64,000 nt of DNA, taken from NCBI RefSeq assembly GCF_004010195.1, contig NC_057720.1:2818343-2882342 (forward strand), read 5' to 3'. The DNA is from Chiloscyllium plagiosum (lineage: Eukaryota). A program made the translations under genes and the position numbers. The notes below the pieces were generated by a model. That model was not told where the DNA came from, did no database searches, and saw only the letters and a list, made by a program, of their open reading frames with translations. Numbering within the stretch: the first letter of the stretch is position 1; each line of letters starts with the position of its first letter. Positions 11,401 to 26,400 of the stretch are shown piece after piece.

Positions 11401-14400
11401 CTTTGGCCATGCCTCAGAGTTCGATATGTGAAAAAGTTATTTTTATTAAATGGATTGGTTGACCAATTATTCCGCAATCAAGCCAGATTAAAACATTCTG
11501 TGGGAAATGGAATTTAGTTTTCTATTCCAAGGGCATCAACCTGTCTCGGGAAACTAAGGTCTGTGTTCCGGGCATATGTCACTTCTGATTATAACCACTG
11601 AGACAGTGTATAAAGGCTGAGTTAGCAGTTGCCATTGATGAATAGCAGTAGACTGAGACTGATTGATCCTTTTTTGTTTCTGGAACATTCTCTGTTCTGC
11701 TCATTGGTCATTTCTTTGTTCATCTGCTTTTACCATGACCTTCCTGACTATTCTCCAAAGACGATGAATTAACTTCAATCTCAGTCAACTTTAGGCCTTA
11801 ACTTCCTTCAAATAATTCACCTTCTAACACAGAGTCATACAGTTATACAGCACAGAAATAGACCCTTCGGTCAAACTCATCTGCACCGATCAGACAATGA
11901 AATCTAACATAGTCCCATTTGCCAACATTTGGTCGATATCCCTCTAAACCCTTTCTATTCATGTACAAATCTAGATGCCTTTTAAATGTTGTAATTGTAC
12001 CAGCCTCCACCACTGCCTTTGGTATCTCATTCCATACAGACACCACTCTCTGTGTGAAAACGTTACCCCTCAGCTCCCTTTTAAATCTTTCCCCTCTCAC
12101 CTCTATTGCCCTCTAGTTTACACACCAGGCACCCTCACCATCTGTTCCCCTCGCTCTCATTTCCCCTCTGTCTACAACATAAAAATCAGCATTTTCCAGC
12201 CCCTTTCAATTCTGAACAAGAATTAGATGAGATTCCAGACATTAACTGTTTCTACCTCCACACAACTTTCCTGATCTTCTGACTTCCTCCAGCATACACT
12301 GGATGGACTACATTACCCATCCTACCTTTCGAGTCCTGCACTTGTGCAGAGAGGGCTAGCAGCTTTGAGTCAGACAGGTTTGGTCTGCATAGATCTCAAC
12401 AAGTGCGCACTCGCTCTGCGGCGGGTGGTGGCGAACAGCCAAGAGTTTGAATGTGAGCGTGCAGGAGCCACTTAACAGTGGTCACGAGGTGCAGCTGGAA
12501 TTGGGGGCATGCACCTATAAATACCAAGCTCGTGAGAAGGGGGCTGGGTTTATGGACCAATAGACCCATCAATTGAGTAGTATAAATGGCATATTCCTCC
12601 TAGGATCTTTCTTCCTTTGTGGAATGAACTGATCCTGCATCCTCTGCATTATACACAGAAATATCCACCATTGTTCCTCCATTGTCATCCCTGCTAAGGT
12701 ATTGCACCATTGAACTTTGGCCAGCTCCTCCCTCATAGCTCCATAGTTCCCTTTATTCAACTGAAATATTGTCACTTCCAATTGTACCCTCTCCCTCTCA
12801 AATTGCAGATTGAAGCTTATTGTATTGTGGTCACTACCTCATAATGGCTCCTTCACTTCGAGGTCCCTGATCAATTCTGGTTCGTTGCACAATACCAGAT
12901 CCAGAATTGCCTTCTCCCTGCTAGGCTCCAGCACCAGCTGTTCTAAGAATCCATCTCGGAGGCACTGCACAAAATCTCTTTCTTGAGGTCTAATACAATC
13001 CTGATTCTCCCAGTCTACCTGCATGTTGAAATCCCCCATAACAACTGCAGTAACATCTTTGCGACAGGCCAATTTCAGCTCCTTATTCAACTTACACCCT
13101 ACATCCATACTACTATTTGGGGGCTTGTAGATAACTCCTAAGAGGGTCTTTCTACCCTTAGAATTTCTCAGCTCTATCCACACTGAACTCTATATCCCCT
13201 GAATCTAGGTTCCCCCCGCATAAGGGACTGAATATCATCCCTTACCAACAGGGCCACCCCACCCTCTGCCTGTCAGTCTGTCCTTACGATAGCACGTATA
13301 GCAAAAAAATGGTTAAGACTAAAATTGGGCCCTTGAAGACAGAAATAGGGGAATATATTACGGGGATCAAAGAAATGGCAGAAGAATTGAATTGGTACTT
13401 CAGATCTGTGTTCACTGGGGAAGACACAAGCAATCTCCCTGAGGTAACAGTGGCTGAAGGACCTGAACTGAAGAGAATTTATATTTGCCAGGAATTGGTG
13501 TTGGAGAGACTGTTAGGTCTGAAGGCTGATAAGTCCCCGGGGCCTGATGGTCAACATCCCAGGGTACTGAAGGAGGTGGCTCCAGAAATCGTGGATGCCT
13601 TGATGATTATTTTCCGGAGTTCGATAGATTCGGGATCATTTCCTGCGGATTGTAGGGTGGATAATGTTGTACCACCTTTTAAGAAAGGTGGGAGAGAGAA
13701 GATAGGAAATTATAGACCAGTTAGTCTGACCTCAGTGGTGGGAAAGATGCTGGAGTCTATTATAAAGGATGAAATTACGACACATCTGGATAGTAGTAAC
13801 AGGATAGGTCAGAGCCAGCATGGATTTATGAAGGGGAAATCATGCTTGACTAATCTTCTGGAATTTTTTGAGGATGTAACTCTGTGCCATCTATGGAATA
13901 ACTTTGCAATTGGTATGGGTTACACAAAGAGCATCATACAGCCTAGAGTCTGAGGATAATAGAGGAACAGTCAGTTCAAACTACTCAGATATTGCATACA
14001 GGATAACACAGAGATTGGAGTGTAAAATATTTTAAATAAATTTTGTGAAGATTACACATAAATGTTGAAAAAATTCACAAGAAATGAAGTGTTTTGCTTC
14101 GCTCAATTCCCTCTGGTCAGTTCATTTGTGATTGGATCTGTGCATGGTGTAAACCAGTAATGCAGATAATGAAGGTAAGCATGCAGGTACAGCAGGTAGT
14201 GAAGAAGGTTAAATAGCACGCTGGCTTCATAACAAGAGGGATTGAGTATAGAAGCAAAGAGGTTCTTGTGCAGCTGTACAGGGCCCTGGTGAGACCACAC
14301 CTGGAGTACTGTGTGCAGTTCTGGTCTCCAAATTTGAGAAAAGACATTCTGGCTATTGAGGGAGTGCAGCGTAGGTTCACGAGGTCAATTCCTGGAATGG

Positions 14401-17400
14401 CGGGACTACGTTACGCTGAAAGACTGGGCTTGTATACCCTTGAGTTTAAGAAGACTGAGAGGGATCTGATTGAGATGTATAAGATTATTAAAGGATTGGA
14501 CACTCTGGAGGCAGGAAATATGTTTCCGCTGATGGGTGAGTCTCGAACCAGAGGACACAGCTTAAAAATAAGGGGTAGATCATTTAGGAGAGAGATGAGG
14601 AGAAACTTCTTCACCCAGAGAGTGGTGGCTGTGTGGAATGCTCTGCCCCAGAGGGCAGTGGAAGCCCAGTCTCTGGATTCATTTAAGAAAGAGTTAGATA
14701 GAGCTCTCAAGGATTGTGGAATCAAGGGTTATGGAAATAAGGCAGGAACTGGATACTGATTAAGGATGATCAGTCATGATCACATTGAATGGTAGTGCAG
14801 GCTCAAAGGGCAGAATGGGGTAAAAACAATGACTGCAGATGCTGGAAACCAGATTCTGGATCAGTGGTGCTGGAAGAGCACAGCAATTCAGGCAGCAACC
14901 TGTCCTCGGATGCTGCCTGAATTGCTGTGCTCTTCCAGCACCACTGATCCAGAATCAAAGGGCAGAATGGTCTACTCCTGCACCTGTTGTCTATTGTCTA
15001 TTGAATATTCATTTCCCAGGCCCTGTCCACTTGAAGCCATGTCTCAGTTATCCCCACAATATCGTATCTGCCAATTTCCAAAAGAGCCTCAAGCTCATCC
15101 ATCTTATTTCTAATACTTCGTGCATTAATATATAGTATTTTTAATTTGTTACTGCCCTCACCCTTCCTATCAACCCCTATTTCACTCAACCTTACAGCAT
15201 GATCCCTTTTTGAGTTTTCTGCTTCATTGATACCGTTGTCTTTCTTGACTTCCCTTGTTCTAACTTTCCTTTCGATTTCCTTCTTAAACATCCAGTTTGT
15301 TCCCTCAGCGCTCCGAAAGCTTGTGATTTCAAATAAACCTGTCAGACCATAACCTGGTGTCATGTGATTTCTGACTTCGTCCACCCCATTCCAACACAGG
15401 CACTTCCACATCATGAACAATACAGGGCCTTGGTGAGGCCACCCCGGAATATTGTGTTCCCCGTTCGGCTCCTTATCTAAAGAATGATGTTCTTACTGTT
15501 GAGGAAGTGCAATGGAGGTTTCTCAGACTGATTCTGGGGATGGCAGGACTGACCTACAAGGCAAGATTGAGTCAGTTAGGATTGTATTCACTGGAGTTCA
15601 GCGGAATGAGGAGGGAACTCATAGAGACTTATAAATCGAATGAAGAAATTCTACTTCACTGATTGGTTTAGTTCTGGAGTCAAAGGGTTAAAATCCCACA
15701 ATATTAATTTTATTGGAGATATCTTCAGGAAGCCAAAGAATTTGGTTTCTTATGACATGCAGGTTTAAAAGCCCCCCATTATGTTCAGACCTTTCGAATA
15801 ATCTGGGACGGAGATGGATCATATTTGATGTCATCCAGTCAGGCTAGCACACTCTTAAAGGGTTTCACTGAAACCTTTTTGGATTTAAACTTTGACAAAA
15901 AGCTTATGCTGACAATGTGGTTTTCATTTTCCTTCGGTTTAGCAAACCATGAGTAATATTTTCTAAAATGTTTCTCAATCGGGTTAAAGCACTGGCCTCT
16001 TTATCTTGATCTGATTTCAACCAGTATGATCTGACAACAATGTGTTTTCTGATGATTAAGTCACTCAGTCCTGGATTCAGCGAGTGTGTTTCCACATCAC
16101 ATTAAATGGCCAGAATTTGCTCATTGTGTTTCTGGAGGTCAAGGGTGGGTTGATGCCAGTAGCTGAAACATCAGACTGCTGCAAGGAGTTGCCACTCTCT
16201 TTTTGGATCCATGCACATCCCGCAGAAGCAGGAGGGGGCCAGTGACTAGTTTTCACTGGACGAGGTCATTCAGGGACATGGAAGCAAGGCTTGTCTGGTC
16301 ACCAACCATGGTCGTATTGAATGGCAGAGCAGGTTAAAGAGGCTGAATGGCCTCCTCCTGCCTCAAGGTAATGATTTTGAAAGGATTCAAGAAAGCTGTC
16401 TTGCAGCCTAATGGTGTTCTGTGTCTGTCTCTTTCCAGGGTCCTGTTGGCCTGCCCGGTCCTAGAGGCCCCACAGGAATAGTTGGCGAGAAGGTAAGTCC
16501 TAACATGACACTCTTCTTCGACTGAGACCATTCCGATTTCTCTGAAAAGGAGTGTGCTTTTGTTTCCAATGCTTTAAGATGTTTCCAGCTGTTTCCTGCT
16601 ATCCCAGGGATGAGCGTTGTGATAGAGCCTTGGACTAGACCTTACTATAGCAGGTCAGTCTGCCTGATAACTGGATTGCAATGCAGAGTGATACCAATAT
16701 CATGGCTTCAGCTGAGGTTACTGTGATGGAGCCATTCACCTTAAACATAGTGAAACCACCATCTCTGTCTAGTGAGAGAGCAGCTCTATGATCTGATAAG
16801 ACCGTGGTGATTTTACCTTCATGATATCAGATCAGGCATTGGTTAGACATCCTGCCTCATCCCACTCTAACCAGGATCAGGGTCAGGGAGAGAAATCATG
16901 AGATTTTTCTATTCCAATGATGCTTACTCTCCCCCTGGTCAAACCCTCCCCTTTACATTCTTTGGCTGCTCCAAACTGGGGGCCAGTCCCAGTGGAGGTA
17001 AATTGTTTTATACAGATTCAACAAATTCTCTTGCTATTATTTGTAAACCCATTGTCCAAAACACCATCAGAGACCGAATATGGGCACAGCTGAAAGATTT
17101 TGACCAGGTAATTACTGCTGTTTATTTTTTAAATGCACCTCAGATCTCAATCTGAAACTTAAATTTAACAATTGTCACTACTCATTATAATCGTGCCCAC
17201 CATAATTGTCACCATAATTTCAAAGTTTCTGGCTCCCATTTGGCTGAACATTACTCCTGTTGCCAAGGTTGAAACCACTCTTCCTTCTTTGAAGTCTCTA
17301 TCTATCTCTTCCCCAATCCCTGAAGCTTCTCTCTCTCTCCCACACCCTTACATCCTTCCCTCCCTCTCTTCTACACTCCTATATCCTCTCTCTGCCTCGC

Positions 17401-20400
17401 TCTTGGCCCCATTGCATCCTCCCTACCTCTCCCTCTCCTCTTCTACCCTATTAAAGTTTACTCCAATCTCCCAACTCGCTTGAAGCCTCCCTTCAGCCCC
17501 CTAGCAGTCTCCATCTCCGCCCTGCTGTAGCCTCCCAGTCCCTCTCCACCCATCTTGTAATCTCCTTCTCTATCCTATCCACCTTGCAACGCATCCCTCC
17601 AATGCTGCCCTCTGATGCTGATGCTGCAGGTTGTTTCTGTATGAAATATCGAGAAGTTTATATCTGCTTCCTCAGGTCATTGCTGATAGACAATCAGAGA
17701 GATGTACTGAAGTTAGTTGATCTATTTGTAGAGTAAGAGAATAACAGCTGATAACTGTATAACAGCAAAAAACTGTGGATGCTGGAAATCAGAAACAAGC
17801 AGAAAATGCTGGAGAAAGTCAGCAGGTCTGGTAGTATGTGTGGGGAGATAACTAAGTTAACTTTCAGGTCTTGTATGAATTTGCTTCAGGACAAAGTTCT
17901 GAAGAGAACTAATATTTATATAGCCCTTAACAGAATAAAATATCCCAAGGCATGAGGCAGAAGTGATTAATCAGCTAAATCTAACACCAAGCCTGAGATA
18001 TTGAAGCAGGTGGCCAAAGAGGTAATGTTTTATGGAGTGTCTTCAGGAGAGAAGGAGGGGTGAAAGATTCAAAGAGGTTTCAGGAGCAAGTTCCAGACTG
18101 AAAGTGTGATCACCAATAGTGATGACAATTGAGGAATCACAATAGGCCAGGACTGGAGGAACACCGAAATCGTGTGGGTCTGTGGGTTTGGAGGAAGTTA
18201 CGGAGATAGGGAGACAGCGAGGGGGTGAGACAATGATGGGATTTGAATCATAAGGAGAGTTTTAAATTCCTGTCTTACCACACTCGGAGCAGGTAAATCA
18301 ATGAGCTCCCAGCAGAGTTTAATTCCCACAGTCATGAGGCAGCACAGAGATCTATTCTGGAACTGGAAATATAACTTGGACAGACATCTTTCAAATTCTA
18401 AATAATCGCTGTAACTCCACCAGGTGTATGATACCTGCCCTGCCTGAAGGAGAAGGTTACCTCACTGCTGTGACCTGTCAATAACATTAACAAACAAGGT
18501 CCACAGGAAACACATTTATGTGTTTGGTGTCATAATGATGATCACAGAAGGAACTGAGACCGAGAGTAAATCAATATGAAGAACCTGTTTATTTACAGTG
18601 TGGAAACAGGCCCTTCGGCCCAACAAGTCCACACCGACCTACCGAAGCACAACCCACCCAGACCCATACCCCTACATTTACCCCTTCACCTAACACTACG
18701 GGCAATTTAGCCTGGCCAATTCACCTAACATGCACATTTTTGGACTGTGGGAGGAAACCGGAGCAGATTAGATTAGATTAGATTATATTACAGTGTGGAA
18801 ACAGGCCCTTCGGCCCAACATGTCCACACCGACCCGCCGAAGCGAAACCCCTGACCTTCTTTAGACTGTGGGAGGAAACCGGAGCACCCGGAGGAAACCC
18901 ACGCAGACACGGGGAGAATGTGCAAACTCCACACAGACAGTTGCCCGAGGCTGGAATTGAACCCGGGTCTCTGGCGCTGTGAGGCAGCAGTGCTAACCAC
19001 TGTACCACTGTGCTGCCCATGTTAACAAAAACAACTTGCATGTATATAGCACCTTTCATGGCTTCATAATGTCCCAAAATGCCATATAGCCAATGACGGA
19101 CCTCTTTGAAGTATTGTCACTTGTTTGTTTGTGCAGCGTTCATCTTTTGATATGATCCCAATTGAAAAGTAAGTTTTAAGAATAAAGATGTCTTACTACA
19201 TGTGGCATCACGGGGTATTGCTGAGGCCACACTTATAGACTCATCAAGATGTACAGCACGGAAACAGACCCTTCGGTCAAACTCGTCAATGCTGACCAGA
19301 TATCCCAACCCAATCTAGTCCTATTTGCCAGCATTTGGCCCATATCCCTCCAAACCCTTCCTATTCATATACCCATCCAGATGCCTTTTAAATGCTGTAA
19401 TTATACCAGCCTCCACCACATCCTCTGGCAACTCATTCCATATACGCACCACTCTCTTTGTAAAAACGTTGCCCCTTAGGTCCCTTTTATATCTTTCCCC
19501 TCTCACCTTAAACCTATGCCTCTCTAGTTCTGGACTCACCCACCCCAGGGAAAACACATTGTCTATTTATCCTATCCATGCCCCTCATGATTTTATAAAC
19601 CTCTATAAGGTCACCCCTCAGCCTCTGACATTCAAGGGAAAACAGCCCCAGCCTATTCTCCCTCTCCTTACAGCTCAAACTTTCCAATTCTAGCAACATC
19701 CTTATAAATCTTTTCTGAACCCCTTTTAGTTTCACAATATCCTTCATAAAGCAGGGAGACCAGAATTGCACGCAGTGTTCCAATAGTGGCCTCAACAATG
19801 TTTTGTACAGCCACAACATGACCTCCCAACTGCCATACCCAATCATAGAATCATAGAAACTTTACAGTCTGGAAGCAGGCTATTTGGCCCATCGAGTCCA
19901 ACCAATCCTCTGAAGAGCATCCCACATAGACTCACCCCCCGATCTCTGTAACCCTACATTCCCCATGGCTAACCCAACTAGCCTGCACACTATAGGCAAA
20001 AGTGAGGACTGCAGATGCTGAAGATCAGAGTCAAGATTAGTGTGGTGCTGGAAAAGCACAGCAGGTCATGCAGCATCCGAGGAGTAGGAAAATAAATGTT
20101 TCGGGCAAAAGCCCTTCATCATTCCTGAAGGGGTGAATGTGCAAACTCCACATGGACAGTTGCCCGAGGCTGGAATCAAACCTGGGTCCGTGGGGCTGTG
20201 AGGCAGCTGTGCTAACCACTGAGCCACCATGCCAATAAAACACTGATCAATAAAGGAAAGCATACCAAATGCCTTCTTCACTATCCCATCTACCTGCAAC
20301 TCCACTTTTAAGGAACTATGAACCTGCATCCCAAGGTCTCTTTGTTCAGCACCACTCCCCAGAACCTTACCATTAAGTGTATAAGTCCTGCCCTGATTTG

Positions 20401-23400
20401 TCCTGCAGGACTGCGTGTAGTTTTTGTGTCTTTAGAAGGCTAATGGAATGCATCACAGAAGGATTTGCATACAAGAATACTTGTTTCAGTTAAATAGGAG
20501 TTTGATTAGAACTGGTGTATTGTGTACAGTTCTGGTCTCATTATCTCAGGACAGATATGATTGCCATTGCGTGAGTGTAGTGAAGGTTTGCCAGACTGGT
20601 GCCCGGGATGGTTGGACTGTTCTATGCAGAGAGATTGGACAAACTGGACCTGTATTCTGTAGAGTTTGGAAGAATGAAAGGTAACCTCATTGAAACTAAC
20701 AAAATACTGACAGGGATAGATAGGATTGATGCAGGTAAGATGTTTCTCCTGGTTGGAATGTCTAAACCCAGGGGCCTGTGTTTAAAAACTTGGTGCCACT
20801 TGGTCTGTAATGAAGATAATTTTTTTTAAATTGCAGAGGGCTGTGAATCTTTAGAATTGCCTACCCCATACAGCTATGGAAACTCAGTCTTCCAGGATGT
20901 TCAGTATATAGATTGATGGATTCCACATTCCCAGTGGTACAGGGTTATGGAGTTGGAGTAGGTAAAAGTCATTGTAACAGTCAAATCAGCCCATCATTCT
21001 AATAATAGCAGGGAAGCTTCAATGGGCAGAATGGCCTACCTGATTATCAGAAGGGCTTTGGTTTGCTCAGTTGGCTGGATGGCAGTGTACAGTGCACATC
21101 AACCCTCTGAGGAGTAACCCACCCAGACCCATTCCCCTATCCTATATTTACCCCTGACTAACACACCTAACACTATGGGCAATTTAGAATGGCCAATTCA
21201 CCTAACCTGCACATCTTTGGACTGTGGGAGGAAACCGGAGCACCCGGAGGAAACCCGCACAGACGTGGGGAGAATGTGCAAACTCCACTTAGGCGGTCAC
21301 CCAATGCGGGAATCGAACCCGGGTTCTTGGAGCTGTGAGGCAGCAGTGCTAGCCACTGAGCCACCGTGCCACCCACAATTCCCTCCACTGACTGAGGTTA
21401 CTGTGAAAATCCTGTGTTCTCAGCTTTGAGCCCAGCCCTGGCCCGAGGCATGGTGACCCTCAGGTTAAACTCACTACCAGGTCGTCTCCCTCTTTAATGA
21501 GTCACTCTGGGACTCTGGCAGCTTTTCAGTGGGTGAATGTGTTTGATGGGCTAAATGGCCTCCTCATGTTATTCCGTTCCATCAGTGGCTTGGTGAAAGG
21601 TTGGGAAGATTTTGAGTGTTTGTAATGATCTTCTGTCTGTTGAGCATTGCTTGACTCTGTGACTTATGTGTTTTTTTTAATTCAGGGAGACCGTGGTGAA
21701 CCAGGTCCTCTAGGACCTCCTGGAGAGAAAGGATCCATGGTAAGTCATAGAACATAGAACAGTACAGCACAGAACAGGCCCTTCGGCCCACGATGTTGTG
21801 CCGAACATTTGTCCTAGCTTAAGCACCCATCCATGTACCTATCCAATTGCCGCTTAAAGTNNNNNNNNNNNNNNNNNNNNNNNNNNNNNNNNNNNNNNNN
21901 NNNNNNNNNNNNNNNNNNNNNNNNNNNNNNNNNNNNNNNNNNNNNNNNNNNNNNNNNNNNNNNNNNNNNNNNNNNNNNNNNNNNNNNNNNNNNNNNNNNN
22001 NNNNNNNNNNNNNNNNNNNNNNNNNNNNNNNNNNNNNNNNNNNNNNNNNNNNNNNNNNNNNNNNNNNNNNNNNNNNNNNNNNNNNNNNNNNNNNNNNNNN
22101 NNNNNNNCATAGGCCTTCTTACAATCTCTATCCACCTGAGTGGCAACTTTCAAAGAGCTATGAACATAGACCCCAAGATCCCTCTGTTCCTCCACCTCAC
22201 TAAGAACCCTACCGTTAACCCTGTATTCCGCATTTTTATTTGTCCTTCCAAAATGGACAACCTCACACTTGGCGGGGTTGAATTCCATCTGCCACTCCTC
22301 AGCCCAGCTCTGCATCATATCTAAGTCCCTTTGCAGCCATTTGGCATGTTTCCTGACGGCAAATGCAAGTCCATTCCCGATGCAGTGCTTAGTTTTGCTT
22401 TCCATGTCTATGTGCTTTCTTGGGGCAGGGACTGAGAAAGTAAGAATCATAACCTGGTTACAGCACAGAAGGAGGCCATTCGGGCCGACCATGTACATGC
22501 TGGCTTCCCTGCAAAAGCAACCATGCTTGTCCCACTTCCTCCTAGCCCTGTCCATTTCAGAAACAGCTGGGCCATGATCCCAGTTGAATGGTCAAGAGGC
22601 TGAATGGTCTCCTCCTGTTCTTTTCCCATTTCCCGGTGGGTTTGAAATGCGGGTGGTGCATTTCATTAACACAAATTCATTGCAACGTGATTGATGAATT
22701 GGGGACACTGTTTCCAAAGCATGAACTTTTAAAGCACGTATTGGCGAGAACGTGATTCCAGCCCAGTTAGTTTAAATGGTGCTGCTGTTCCACGATTTTC
22801 TTAGAACACGGGACTGCACAAGAACAGAACTACCACGTTTTAGCAGAACTGACTGTAGATGCATAGGTCAGACCCGACTCTACAAACACTTACACATTCA
22901 TTAGTTTTTGAGTGGTGCAAGTATTTCCAAAATCTCTAAGATTAAGCGTGGATTAGCAGGTCAGAAATAGGGTGATAAATCTGGAGGAGTGGGATAGTCT
23001 CTCACCCCCTGAGATTTACACCCTCTGAATAATTATTTCCCATGTATTTAAGTTTAGGAGAAGGCTATGCTCACACGGTATAGCCTTACCATTAAACTTA
23101 ACGGTGGACAGTGAGGAATCCATCAACCAGTTCCATCCATACTTTATAAATATCATCTGAGACTGTATCTGTTATGTAATTACACTGTGTATAAGTTACA
23201 GGTGGAGCACTGGAACCAACTAGAACATAGAACATTACAGCACAGTACAGGCATTTCATCCCTCGATGTTGCACCGACCTGTGGACCCAATCTGAAGCCC
23301 ATCTAACTTACACATATGGCACACAATCACTCGAAGTGCAACACAAGTGCAGTTATATACCAATATTAAAATGGGAAAACATCCCAAGGCAGAGGAGGAA

Positions 23401-26400
23401 GGATTCCTTGAGTCATACAGCACAGAAAAGGAGCCTTTGGCTCATTCAGTCTGCACTGACAGTAACTACATCAAAGGTGCACTAATCTCAATCTCCAACA
23501 ATCGGCCCATATCCTTGAATATTGTGATGTTTGAATGTGCTCATCCAAATGTTTAAAGGTTGTAAGATTTCCAGCCTCCACTACCATCCCAGGCAGTGCA
23601 TTCCAGATTCCCCCCACCTGCTGAGTGAAATCCCCTCTGGATCTCCTGCCCCTTACTCTCAAACTGTGCCCCCTCGTGATTGACCCCTGAACCAAGGTGA
23701 GCGGAGAGACCAAGGGGACCCAAGGAGGAGAGAAATCTGGAGAGGTTTAGGGAGGGAAATTGAAGCTTGATAGCTGCGTGCATGACCAACAATGACGGCC
23801 TGAATAAAACAGGATAGTGCAAGAGGCCAATATTTCTGCAGGTAATGAGATTGTGGGGACGGAGGGATTGACAGAGATAGGGAATGCTGAGAGCAATTAG
23901 GGATTTGAAACAAGGCTGAGATTAAACTCAAAACATTATCAGGACAAGAGTAGACATAGAGAGTACAAGGGTGACAGTTGACTGGGACTTGGCACCATCT
24001 TTGACAGGATGAGGACATCGCTGGCTCGGCCAGCATTTATTGCCCAACTCTAAATACCTAAGGGTCAGATAAGAGTCACCCACATGGCTGTGGGTCTGGA
24101 GTCACATGTAGGCCAGACCATGTAAGGATGGCTCTTTCCTTCCCAGGGTGGGTTTGCGTTTGCCCTAGGCAGAGTTTCTTAGAGTCATAGAGATGTACAG
24201 CATGGAAACAGACCCTTCGGTCCAACCAGTCCATGCTGACCAAATATCCCAACCCAATCTAGTCCCACCTGCCACCACCCGGCCCATATCCCTCCAAACC
24301 CTTCCTAATTCATATACCCATCCAAATGCCTTTTAAATGTTGCAATTGTACCAGCCTCCACCACATCCTCTGGCAGCTCATTCCAGACCACCCTCTGTGC
24401 GAAAATGTTGCCCCTTAGGTCTCTTTCCCCTCTCACTCTAAACCTATGCCCTCTTGTTCTAGACTCCCCCACCCCAGGGAAAAGAATTTGTCTATTTATC
24501 CTTTCCATGTCCCTCATAATTTTATAAACCTCTATAAGGTCACCCCTCAGCCTCCGACACTCCAGGGAAAACAGCCCCAGCCTGTTCAGCCTCTCCCTAT
24601 CACTCAGATCCTCCAACCCTGGCAACATCCTTGTATATATCTTCTGAACCCTTTCAAGTTTCACAACATCTTTCCAATAGGAAGGAGACCAGAATTGCAC
24701 ACAATATTTTCTCAGTGGCCTAACAATGTCCTGTAGAGCCGCAACATGACATCCCAACTCCTGTACTCAATACTCTGACCAATAATGGAAAGCATACCTT
24801 CTTCACTATCCTATCTCATTTTTGTTCCACATTTTCAGTTTCAACATCTGCTATGGCGGGATTCAAACCCATCTCCTTAAACAAAAAACCCAAAGAACTA
24901 TGGGTGTGGGAAATCAGAAACAAAACCAGAAACTGCTGGAAAACCTCAGCAGGTCTGGCAGCATCTGTGCAGTGTGAAAGTAGAGTTAACAGTTCGAGAC
25001 CAGTAACCCTTCCTCAGTACTTGAAATGTTAGTTCCACTTTCTCTCCACAGATGCTGCCAGACCTGCTGAGTTTTCCCAGCAATTTCTGGAGCACTGTGT
25101 TACCACTACACGATTACCCAGAGCTGGGATTAGAGCTTTAGGGTGAGGACAGGAATTAGGGAAGTGAATGGTATATTACCGTACCATACCATTTGGTATC
25201 ATTATTCCCGTCACTTCCTTTGAAGGTATGCTGTATCACAAAACTAAAATATTTCCACCAGTTATCAAGTAAAGCTAGACTAGGGCTTCAGAGAGTTTCA
25301 TGTTATTTGTCAGAGAATTTCAGTTCTTTTTGAAATGAGACTGTAAGATTATAAGGCCATAAGACATAAGAACAGAATTAGGCCATTCAGCCCATTGACT
25401 CTACTCTGCCATTCAACCATGGCTGATATTTTTCTTAACCCCATTGTCTTGCCTTCTCTCCTTAACCCTTGACCCCCTTATCAATCAGGAACCTATCTCT
25501 GTCTTAAATACACTCAGTGCCTTGGCCTCCACAGCCCTCTGCGGGAATGAGTCCCACAGATTCCCCACCCTCTGGCGGATGAAATTCCTCCTTATCTCAG
25601 TTCTAAAGGGTCATCCCTTCACTCTGAAGCTGCGTCCTCAGTCCTAGTCTCCCCTACATATTCTCCATATTCCCTGTATCCGGGACTGTCGGTATTCTGT
25701 TAGTTTCGATTTGATCCTTCCCTACCCTCATCCTTCTAAACTCCATCAAATACAGACCCAGAGTCCTCAGCCACTCCTCATATGAAAAACCCTTCTTCCC
25801 AGGATCACTCTTGTAAACCTCCTTTCGACCTCCCCAAAGCCAGAGCCAGCGCATCCTTCCTTAGGTATGGGGCCCAAAACTGCTCTCAATATTCCAAATG
25901 TGGCCTGACCAGAGCCTCATACAGCCTCAGTAGTGCACCCCTGCTCTTGTATTCTCGCCCCCTTGAAGTGAATACGAACATTGCATTTGCTTTCCTAACC
26001 TCCAACTGAACCTGCATGTTAACCTGAAGAGAATCCTCAACCAGGACTCGCAAACCCTTTCTGCTTCAGATTTCTGAAGCCTTTCCCCATTTCGATGCCC
26101 TGAAAGCAACAGCTAATTGCTACTTATTGATGGTGTATTTGCTGAGAGAGAGTTTAAAGTTATCAGAAAGGTTTGAGGAAGTTAGAGCTATATTCTCAGA
26201 TAATAGAAATCTGAGGAATGAATTGATGGAGGTCTTTAAAATAATGAAGGAGCTTGATGGGTTAGATGTGGAGGAATTGTTTTCTTTTGTGTGTGAGTTC
26301 AAAACCAGGGATGATAAATATGAGAATCTCGCTTTTGTTTAATTCACTCATGGGATGTGGGTGTCACTGGCTGGGTCAGCACTTATTGCCCGTCAGTAGT

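Noticed and set aside
13309..13953. 214-aa ORF and similar RT ORFs as functional or domesticated genes
   Set aside because: Truncated CR1 ORF2 pieces with stops, frameshifts and interruptions; no intact autonomous element in the window.
17280..17600. Pyrimidine-rich tract with a Ser/Leu/Pro-rich ORF
   Set aside because: Low-complexity sequence with no splice or homology support.
18950..19019. tRNA genes at SINE heads
   Set aside because: The A/B-box heads run straight into the V-SINE core and LINE-like tail; they are SINEs, not standalone tRNAs.
21814..22555. Long ORFs containing X runs
   Set aside because: Artefacts of translating through the 247-N gap.
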